A program made the position numbers and the translations under genes. From a virus (Duplodnaviria > Caudoviricetes): a DNA stretch of 64,000 nucleotides. Under the pieces are notes generated by a model. That model made no database searches, was not told the DNA's origin, and was given only the letters and a program-made list of their open reading frames with translations. The DNA is taken from the IMG/VR virus record IMGVR_UViG_2887198475_000005, positions 4,425-68,424 of that record; one strand, 5' to 3'. Positions 18,797 through 25,403 of the stretch are shown in pieces (position 1 is the first letter of the stretch; the number at the start of each line of letters is the position of its first letter).

Positions 18797-19006
18797 TCAG
18801 CCCTTGGGCCGCCGGCGCCGGAGCGGCCGACCGCCGATTGACTCAATGGCGAACTTCTCCAGGTCGAAGCTCCGGAAGAATGAGTTCTCCCTGGCAAGCT
18901 CGGCGGCCGTGACTTCGCCTGCCGCCAGCCTCTGCTGGTCGCGGTCCCGCGACGCCTGCTTCTCATCGGCGCGTCGTTTCTGGTCGAGGATGCCGTCGTT
19001 GGCCAT
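18797..19006 (-). CDS. Small hypothetical protein
   Basis: AGGAG RBS before MANDGIL; charged helical sequence. Confidence 0.6.
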   Translation of the reverse strand: MANDGILDQKRRADEKQASRDRDQQRLAAGEVTAAELARENSFFRSFDLEKFAIESIGGRPLRRRRPKG

Positions 19007-19152
19007 GGGGTCTCCTGTAGGCAGGAGGGTAGCAGAGGGCCGGGGTCCGCACAGCGGGCGAGTCTCTGGTCGGCGGTTTCGGCCAGCATGGCCTTGGCCT
19101 TGCTCGGGCTTTGACCGATTCCCTGAGGCTGTTCTGGGCTCGTGGGCACGGC

Positions 19153-19186
19153 GGAAGAGCCGCCCCTGGTCGGAGGCGGCCCTTCC
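19153..19186 (-). terminator. Hairpin/terminator (cassette family)
   Basis: GGGCCGCC...GGCGGCTC stem downstream of the 19209 stop. Confidence 0.6.
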
Positions 19187-19208
19187 CGGGTTCGGTGCCT
19201 GGGATGAC

Positions 19209-19517
19209 TCAGGCTGCGTCCTGTTTCGGCAGCGCGTCCGTGATGGTGCCGACGATGGCACGGGCGACGTCCTCCGGGTGCCCGCCGCGCACATGCAGGC
19301 GGCGGAGGTCGGACCGGAGATGTCCGCCGAAGGATTCGAGCCAGAGCGTTACCTGGACGCCGCGTGCCATCGGCTGGATGGCGTCGGGTGCCAGGGCGGC
19401 ATACGTGCCGCCGACGGCGACAGAGAGCATGTCGGTGTCACTGGCGACATAGCCGCCGAGCGGCGCCATTTCGGCAGCAAGCGCGGCGAGGAGGTCCGGC
19501 GAGTGGATGGACAGCAT
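19209..19517 (-). CDS. Hypothetical protein
   Basis: GGAG RBS before MLSIHSP; ends just before the hairpin. Confidence 0.6.
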   Translation of the reverse strand: MLSIHSPDLLAALAAEMAPLGGYVASDTDMLSVAVGGTYAALAPDAIQPMARGVQVTLWLESFGGHLRSDLRRLHVRGGHPEDVARAIVGTITDALPKQDAA

Positions 19518-19608
19518 GGTGGGATCTCCGCGAAGGATGAGGAACCGGGCAGCTTCAGCCGCCCGGGAAGCTGTGGCCCGCCTCCGGCAAGAGGCGGGCC
19601 TGCGGTGG

Positions 19609-20229
19609 TCAGGCGGCGGTGTTGTTGGGCATGCCGAGCAGCTGGAGGGCTTCCTCGGCCGCGCTGCGGAGGCCGTTGTGGACGCGGCCCGGGTGCTTGA
19701 TGTCTTCGCCGCGGGCGTTGCGCGCGCGGGCGACGTAGCCCCAGAGCGGCAGGGCCTGCACCCCTGCGAACCCGCCGTCGAACAGGTCGGCCCACACAGT
19801 GTCGTTATCGCCACGGCGCCAGTTCGCCCGCGGGCACGCCTCCGCCAGCGCGCGGGTGACTTCGGCGAGCACGCGGTCTGCGGCCGCGCCGCCGCGCGCC
19901 TGTGCCAGCGTGAGCTTGGGCAGCCCCTCGAGGTGCGACAGCAGGCAGCGGGCGACCGCGTCGGCGTCGGGGAACGCGGTGCCGTTGAGCGCGCCGAGGG
20001 TGCTCTTGCCTTCGCCGCCGAACGCGAAGGACGGCGCTGAGGCGGCGAGGATCTCTTCCCGGAGTTCGGCGGGCATGCTGCGCGGCGGGTTCGGCAGCCG
20101 CACGGACGCCCAGTTGCCGCGATAGGCGACGGTGACCTCGTGCGTGTCGGCCTCGATCTGGGCCTCGCCGATGCCGAGGCGTTCCAGGTGGGGGTACACG
20201 CACGCGGCGACGGCTTCGGTGGTGTGCAT
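19609..20229 (-). CDS. Hypothetical protein
   Basis: AAGGAG RBS before MHTTEAV. Confidence 0.7.
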   Translation of the reverse strand: MHTTEAVAACVYPHLERLGIGEAQIEADTHEVTVAYRGNWASVRLPNPPRSMPAELREEILAASAPSFAFGGEGKSTLGALNGTAFPDADAVARCLLSHLEGLPKLTLAQARGGAAADRVLAEVTRALAEACPRANWRRGDNDTVWADLFDGGFAGVQALPLWGYVARARNARGEDIKHPGRVHNGLRSAAEEALQLLGMPNNTAA

Positions 20230-20290
20230 GGAGATGGACTCCTTGGGTTGGGTTGGACACCGGGCGGCGCGCAGCGCGGCCGCCACGTTC

Positions 20291-20322
20291 AAAGAGAGCC
20301 CGCCCCTGACCCGGGGCGGGCT
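20291..20322 (-). terminator. Rho-independent terminator (cassette family)
   Basis: AGCCCGCCCC/GGGGCGGGCT stem followed by CTCTTT. Confidence 0.7.
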
Positions 20323-20330
20323 GGAATGCG

Positions 20331-20426
20331 TCAGGCGGCCTGAGGGCGGGCGCGTTCGGGGAGCGGCAGACTGGCGCGAAGACGCGCATGCAGCCCGGCT
20401 GCGGCCGTGTCGATGACGGTGGTCAT
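20331..20426 (-). CDS. Putative 31-aa peptide (MTTVIDTAAAGLHARLRASLPLPERARPQAA)
   Basis: Fills the gap between a promoter-like region (TTGACT at 20560-20555) and a terminator; not in the ORF track. Confidence 0.4.
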   Translation of the reverse strand: MTTVIDTAAAGLHARLRASLPLPERARPQAA

Positions 20427-20654
20427 TGGAGGGGAGGGTTCCTGATGTCGCGACAAAAGGCTGGTGCGACCGCTTGCGCGGTCAGGTCAGCGTATCGCGA
20501 TCAGGAAACCTGTGTGCAGCATGATCGCCAGAGTAGATCAAAGGTCTTCCGAAAAGTCAAGATGATGCCGTTATGAACGCTGCTTCCCACCTGCTGATGG
20601 GTGGCGCCATAGGCTTGTCGGTGACCTCGGGGCGTCACCGCCGGCCGGACATGG

Positions 20655-20684
20655 AAAAGCCGCCCGGCAGCGACCGGGCGGCTT
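20655..20684 (-). terminator. Rho-independent terminator (cassette family)
   Basis: AAGCCGCCCGG/CCGGGCGGCTT stem followed by TT. Confidence 0.7.
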
Positions 20685-20705
20685 GGTGAGGGGATGGGGC
20701 GACGG

Positions 20706-21077
20706 TCAGAACCGGATGGCGGCCTCGGCGGCCCTCTCGGCCTCCCTGGCGGCCCTTGCGGCATGCTCGGCCCTCTGCTGCTCACGTGGCGACAGGGCAT
20801 CCGCGATGGCGCCATCGACCATGCGCAGGAACCCCACGACGTCGCCAGCCTCGATCGGTCGGTCGGCCCGTTCGCCGAAGTCATCTCGGCGGTACCGGGT
20901 CGCGAGGCGCACGCCGACGCCGTTGACGCGCAGCCGCACGCTGGCGGTGTAGCCCAGGCGCACGTCGACCGTCTCCGTACGGCCGTCCTGCTGCCGCTCG
21001 ACGGTTGGCGACAGGCCCGCGGCGGTCGCGCGCGCGGCGACCCAGGCGCCGGTGTGCTGGAGGCTCACGTATTCCAT
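20706..21077 (-). CDS. Hypothetical protein
   Basis: GCCCACTGGGAG leader/RBS; followed by a terminator. Confidence 0.65.
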   Translation of the reverse strand: MEYVSLQHTGAWVAARATAAGLSPTVERQQDGRTETVDVRLGYTASVRLRVNGVGVRLATRYRRDDFGERADRPIEAGDVVGFLRMVDGAIADALSPREQQRAEHAARAAREAERAAEAAIRF

Positions 21078-21159
21078 TGCGGTGCTCCCAGTGGGCCTTG
21101 ATGGCCTTGTGTGAAAGGATGTGCGGCATTCGGGGGTGCGGAATTCAAGGGCCGCCCGG

Positions 21160-21193
21160 AAGAAAATCGCCCGCCTCCGGTTCGGAAGCGGGC
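21160..21193 (-). terminator. Rho-independent terminator (cassette family)
   Basis: GCCCGCTTCCGAACCGGAGGCGGGC followed by ATTTTCTT. Confidence 0.7.
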
Positions 21194-21221
21194 CTCTCGG
21201 TGATCAGGCGGCCGGGGGAAT

Positions 21222-21416
21222 TCAGGGCAGCCGCCGCGCCACCTCGGCGACGGTCATCGGCTCGGACACCTTGCCGGACAACGCCTCCGCGACCGCCTCG
21301 GCGTCGTCCTGTTCGCGGGCCATCGCGCGGGTCTTCTCCGCGGCCGCCTTCATGCGGGCGCGCCGCGTGGCCAGGGTCGCCTCATCTACCTCGGTGAACT
21401 CGACGGCTCGGGTCAT
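21222..21416 (-). CDS. Small hypothetical protein
   Basis: AAGGAG RBS; followed by a terminator. Confidence 0.6.
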   Translation of the reverse strand: MTRAVEFTEVDEATLATRRARMKAAAEKTRAMAREQDDAEAVAEALSGKVSEPMTVAEVARRLP

Positions 21417-21500
21417 CGTGGAGCTCCTTGCGGCGGCATTATCGTGATGCGAACGAAAAACTGAAAGCCTACTCCAGGCCGGAAGCGGTCCTCGTAGGGC

Positions 21501-21947
21501 TCACCCGCCGAACCGACGCCGGGGCTCCGGGCGGTGATTGTCGGCGAGCCCCTGTGAATCCCGGATGTCCTTCTTCACGGCCGCCGCGAAGTCCCCGGCG
21601 TAGGTCTCCACCCATTCCCGCCACGCGGTCTGTGCCGCCTCCCGCCAGTCGTCCTGCGACAGGCACGGCGATGCGTCGCCGGCGGCCTGCTTCTCAAACA
21701 GGATGTCGGCGGCCGCCAGCCTGACAACATCATCGGGCATGTCCACCCGCGTACTCCCCCAGACCTCTCCCTCGACCTGGGCGCCGCCCGTCAGCCGCTG
21801 GTCGCCTTGGAAGCGGTGCAGCTGCCAGCGCATGCCGTCCTTCCGCCATACGAGCAGCGCCCGCACGGACATGTCCTCCGACGGCGAGAGCTGCGGCTGG
21901 GATGCAAGCAAGGTTGCCTTGAGCGTGTCGGCTATGGTCCTGCGCAT
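21501..21947 (-). CDS. Hypothetical protein
   Basis: GGGAGGACATC RBS before MRRTIAD. Confidence 0.7.
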   Translation of the reverse strand: MRRTIADTLKATLLASQPQLSPSEDMSVRALLVWRKDGMRWQLHRFQGDQRLTGGAQVEGEVWGSTRVDMPDDVVRLAAADILFEKQAAGDASPCLSQDDWREAAQTAWREWVETYAGDFAAAVKKDIRDSQGLADNHRPEPRRRFGG

Positions 21948-22013
21948 TGCGATGTCCTCCCCCAGGCGTTCGTTGCGCCTCAAGGGAGGGTTTGGCCGCC
22001 GTTGGCGAGGCAC

Positions 22014-22048
22014 AAGAAAGCCCGCCTCGGGATTTCGGGGCGGGCTTT
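22014..22048 (-). terminator. Rho-independent terminator (cassette family)
   Basis: AAAGCCCGCCCCG...CGAGGCGGGCTTT followed by CTTG. Confidence 0.75.
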
Positions 22049-22073
22049 GGGAAAGAACGGCGGCGGCCGACGG

Positions 22074-22324
22074 TCAGGCGGCGATGAAGAACCGTCGGGC
22101 GGCCTCACTCGGCACGTAGGCTTCCCACTTGGCGTTGTCGTCGCCGGCGGTCCGCTCGAGGAAACCGAGATCAACGAGGGAGTCCCCGAGATCGCGCGCG
22201 AACCGGTCGTTGCCGACATCCCACGCGTAGACCGTCGTGCGTCCGTAGCGGAGACAGCGGCGTCGTAAAGCATGAACTTCTGGGCTGGCGTGAGCGGTGA
22301 TGGGGCGCCCCAGGTCGACGACAT
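22074..22324 (-). pseudogene. Small gene apparently split by a frameshift near 22255
   Basis: The RBS-ATG at 22324 opens MSSTWGAP...MLYDAA in one frame; the plausible C-terminus (YGRTTVYAWD...FFIAA) before the terminator is in another frame. Confidence 0.5.
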
Positions 22325-22378
22325 GATGTCCTCCCATGAGAGGCCCGCCTCGTGCACGGAGGCGGGCCCGGCTGTTGG

Positions 22379-22933
22379 TCAGGCGGCCCGGTTCTGCTGG
22401 GCGGCCTCCCCCGCGCGGGACAATGCAAACACCGCTTCCTTGCCCAGCGTCGAGCGCTCCAGTAGTCCGGCGGCCGACATCATGTTGAGGACGTCGGTGA
22501 GGTTGGCTTCGGCCAGCCCAGTGCGCTCGCCGATGGCGCTCTGGCTCGCCTGGCCGCCGCTCTCCGCAAGGAACTCGAGCACCCTGGCGACATGCAGGCG
22601 ACGGGTGATGTCGACCGACTCGTATGTGTCGGCGACGGCGATGGATTCAGCGACCAGCTCGTGGAGCGCGTCGATCCGCGACCCGAGCGCGTCCTGCCCG
22701 TGGCGCCGCATCAAGGTCGAGGCGGCCCCCAGGATGTCGTTCCAGTCCCTCAGCTCCGGATCCCGGCGGCGCTGGTCCAGCGCTTTCCACACCCAGGCAC
22801 GCAATGCCAAGTACGCGTCCCTGAGGAGGTCCGGCGTCGGCTCGCTGAAGATGAAACGCAAAACCTCCCCAGCCTGGGCAGGCGACGCATCGCCCCGCGC
22901 GATGTCGGCCAAACCCACTGCCTGAGTGATCAT
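22379..22933 (-). CDS. Transcriptional regulator with C-terminal winged HTH (MarR/ArsR-like)
   Basis: RVLEFL...SQSAIGERTGLAEANLTDVL..M...GLLER....K...FALS; AGGAG RBS before MITQAV. Confidence 0.75.
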   Translation of the reverse strand: MITQAVGLADIARGDASPAQAGEVLRFIFSEPTPDLLRDAYLALRAWVWKALDQRRRDPELRDWNDILGAASTLMRRHGQDALGSRIDALHELVAESIAVADTYESVDITRRLHVARVLEFLAESGGQASQSAIGERTGLAEANLTDVLNMMSAAGLLERSTLGKEAVFALSRAGEAAQQNRAA

Positions 22934-22975
22934 CTCTGTCTCCTGTCCGAGGCTACCTACGTTGTGCCGAGCCTG

Positions 22976-22999
22976 AAAAGTGGAGCATGCTCCACTTTT
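22976..22999. promoter_or_regulatory. Perfect 24-bp palindrome, probable operator
   Basis: AAAAGTGGAGCATGCTCCACTTTT is its own reverse complement; 42 bp upstream of the wHTH gene. Confidence 0.7.
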
Positions 23000-23129
23000 G
23001 ACGGCCGAGCGACACATTCCCCCGCTTCCCGCGTCCAGGTACAGCGCAGATGGTGCAACAGCCAAAGCGTTCGTAAATGCGAACACTTTGGCTGTGAGAA
23101 AGCTCGATAAGGTCTAGGCAGCCGCCCGG

Positions 23130-23163
23130 AAAAAGAAAGGCCCGCCTCCGGTTTGGGCGGGCC
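23130..23163 (-). terminator. Rho-independent terminator (cassette family)
   Basis: GGCCCGCCCAAACCGGAGGCGGGCC followed by TTTCTTTTT. Confidence 0.8.
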
Positions 23164-23190
23164 ATTTGTGATGCAAACGGAATTCGGTGG

Positions 23191-23523
23191 TCAGTCGGTC
23201 AGGAAGCCTTCCATGACGCGTGCGACCCCCTGGGAGTCATGGATGCCGAGATCCTCTTCGATGTCCTCGTCGTCGAAGGGCAGCGGGCCGTCCATGAACC
23301 AGGCGTGGAAGGTGATTTCGGGGTTCAGCTCGTAGAGGTGCCAGCGACCGTCTGACAGCTTGCCCTCGATGATGGCCGCGACAGCGGAGCCATCCACCCG
23401 CGCGACCAAGCCATCGGATCCGTACGCGATGACGTTCAGCTTCCAGGGCATGGCGGGATACAGGATGGTGTCTGCCAAACGGGATGCGGCATCCATACCC
23501 TTCGGAGCAACCCAACGTGCCAT
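23191..23523 (-). CDS. Hypothetical protein
   Basis: GGGAGGACATC RBS before MARWVAP. Confidence 0.7.
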   Translation of the reverse strand: MARWVAPKGMDAASRLADTILYPAMPWKLNVIAYGSDGLVARVDGSAVAAIIEGKLSDGRWHLYELNPEITFHAWFMDGPLPFDDEDIEEDLGIHDSQGVARVMEGFLTD

Positions 23524-23534
23524 GATGTCCTCCC

Positions 23535-24215
23535 TCACACAGTTGCCGTGTTGATGGCGCCGCCCCGCCACCACTGAATGACCTTGACGGGCGCGGGCGG
23601 CGGCCTGCGCTCCGGGCGGACGACGCCGCGCTTGGCCAGCGCGCGCTGCCCGACCTCGCCGGAATAGACGGACCAGAACGCCTTGTAATGCATGGGCGCC
23701 CCGCGGCCCGGTCGGCCGCCGCCCGTCTCCAGTGTTGACATCGCCCAGTTCTGGAAAGCCCTGGCCGAACGTTCGCACTCGCGCCTGAGGTAGTCCGTAG
23801 GCCATTCCGGGCCGCGCTTCGTTGCCGCCTGGACGGCCATGGCCTCCTCGTAGGTCAACCATGGTTCGGCCAAGTGCCAGGCTTCGTGGAACGCCGTCGA
23901 GATGGAGAACTCTGGCCGCCAGCACGACCGTACCAATCCAACTTGCGGCTGCCCGTATGCGACGCCGCCGACTTCCCCGATCTCTTCGTGCAGCGGCAGG
24001 TTCGGTGAGCACCACCACTCGGCCCACGGGGTCAGCCTAGTGGCAATCTCGGCGACCTTCCCAAGCGTAAAGTCGCGCCAGTTGTCGTCTTCGTTGCCCG
24101 GGAGCAGGCGATAACCGTTGCACGCAAGCCCGAGGTCGATCTCAAAGCCCTCGGCCGGGATGGTTACCTCCTCCACACGGCCGGCGACGATGTGCCAAGC
24201 GGTCGAGCTCCTCAT
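23535..24215 (-). CDS. HExxH (zincin-like) putative metallopeptidase
   Basis: AFHEAWH followed by E..ARAF; GGGAGG RBS with ATGA coupling. Confidence 0.6.
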   Translation of the reverse strand: MRSSTAWHIVAGRVEEVTIPAEGFEIDLGLACNGYRLLPGNEDDNWRDFTLGKVAEIATRLTPWAEWWCSPNLPLHEEIGEVGGVAYGQPQVGLVRSCWRPEFSISTAFHEAWHLAEPWLTYEEAMAVQAATKRGPEWPTDYLRRECERSARAFQNWAMSTLETGGGRPGRGAPMHYKAFWSVYSGEVGQRALAKRGVVRPERRPPPAPVKVIQWWRGGAINTATV

Positions 24216-24622
24216 GCCGCCCTCCCCTTTTCCGGCCAGATGGCCGCGTCCGGCACCGCGATGGCGTCGAACCTGTCTTTGCAACCGTCGTCGGTGCCCC
24301 GGAGCAGGCAGAGCATGCGGCGGATGTCCTCTGGTTCGTAGATCAGGTAGGAGCGGGTGTAGTCGTAATACCCCCAGTCGCCGACCCAGTCCGGGTGGAC
24401 AGCCGCGAACTCGCTCTCGCCAGGCGGCTGTGGAGCGTCGCCGAACGCTTCGCGCGCGAACACGGAAGCTCCGACTTGCTGGTAGTCAAAACTCGGATAT
24501 TGGCCGCCATGCGCCCGATGGCGAACGCTCAGTGGCCCGAGGCACGTGCTGCCAAGCGTGAGTTCCTGGAAGACCGTGCCATCCGGTAGGCTGCAGAATG
24601 TCTTGAAGTCGACGATCTTCAT
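24212..24622 (-). CDS. Hypothetical phage protein
   Basis: GGGAGGGCGGC-ATG before MKIVDFKTF. Confidence 0.7.
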   Translation of the reverse strand: MKIVDFKTFCSLPDGTVFQELTLGSTCLGPLSVRHRAHGGQYPSFDYQQVGASVFAREAFGDAPQPPGESEFAAVHPDWVGDWGYYDYTRSYLIYEPEDIRRMLCLLRGTDDGCKDRFDAIAVPDAAIWPEKGRAA

Positions 24623-24754
24623 GCCGCCCTCCCATCTCTTGAAGGGCACCGCGGCATTCGCCGTCTGCGTGCCCGTGCACATAATGTTGTGCAGTCGGCT
24701 CGGCTCGGTTCAAGGGCCGCAAGCCGGGAAAGTTTTTGACGTGGAGACAAGGAC

Positions 24755-24829
24755 TGGTCGGCGGGGCCGGATTCGAACCGGCGCATGGACAGTTATGAGC
24801 TGTCGGCTCTGCCGCTGAGCTACCCGCCG
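24755..24829 (-). tRNA. tRNA with CAT anticodon (elongator Met or Ile2), CCA encoded
   Basis: Full cloverleaf: acceptor CGGCGGG/CCCGCCG, D arm GCTC/GAGC, anticodon arm GACAG-CTCATAA-CTGTC, T arm GCCGG-TTCGAAT-CCGGC, ACCA end. Confidence 0.95.
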
Positions 24830-24842
24830 ATCTCTGCCGCCC

Positions 24843-25403
24843 TCAATTCGTTCCGGCTGCCCGTTCCTCCGCTCGCCGCCGGACGTCGGCCCACGTCCGC
24901 CAGAGCGACATGGCATCCTCGAGCGCGCGGTGATGTACGCGCTGTCGGCGTTCTTCCTCGACCTGCGCGGCGGCCACGAGTTGCCTGGCGGTCGCTACAA
25001 GGTCGTCGCCAGCGAGCACGGCGTGCAACGGGCGGCACGCGGCGGCGTACGCTTCGTAGACATCTCGCAAAGGGATGCGGGGAGCCGACGACGATGCGGC
25101 GAGCAGCTCGTCGAGCCACATCTGGTCGTGGCCTGGCACGTCGGAATAGACGCGGGCAGCCGGATCTCCGAGGACGGTGATGAGACGGTTCGCTACCCAG
25201 ACCGCCTCGTGGCCGTCGCGCTGCAGATGGGCGCGCGTGATACCGTGGATGCTCTGGGACGCGGGCGACCAATCACACCAGTCCGGCTCAGGGCGAATCA
25301 GGTAGCTCTCGCCCCTGCCGTCCTCGCCGACCCAGGCGACCTCGATCGGGTAGCTGTCGGTGGAGAGGGAGGACGCCTCGAAGTCGATGAAGAACACGCT
25401 CAT
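24843..25403 (-). CDS. DEDDh (DnaQ-like) 3'-5' exonuclease
   Basis: FIDFEAS (Exo I), IHGIT, HDQMWL (Exo II), HRALEDA (Exo III). Confidence 0.85.
   Translation of the reverse strand: MSVFFIDFEASSLSTDSYPIEVAWVGEDGRGESYLIRPEPDWCDWSPASQSIHGITRAHLQRDGHEAVWVANRLITVLGDPAARVYSDVPGHDQMWLDELLAASSSAPRIPLRDVYEAYAAACRPLHAVLAGDDLVATARQLVAAAQVEEERRQRVHHRALEDAMSLWRTWADVRRRAEERAAGTN

Noticed and set aside
19153-23163. Hairpins as integron attC sites
   Set aside because: They lack RYYYAAC/GTTRRRY ends, are short and have U-rich tails like terminators; the recombinase does not look like IntI.
24755-24829. tRNA as the integration site (attL/attR)
   Set aside because: It sits inside a phage-like operon and I found no duplicate of its 3' end in the window.
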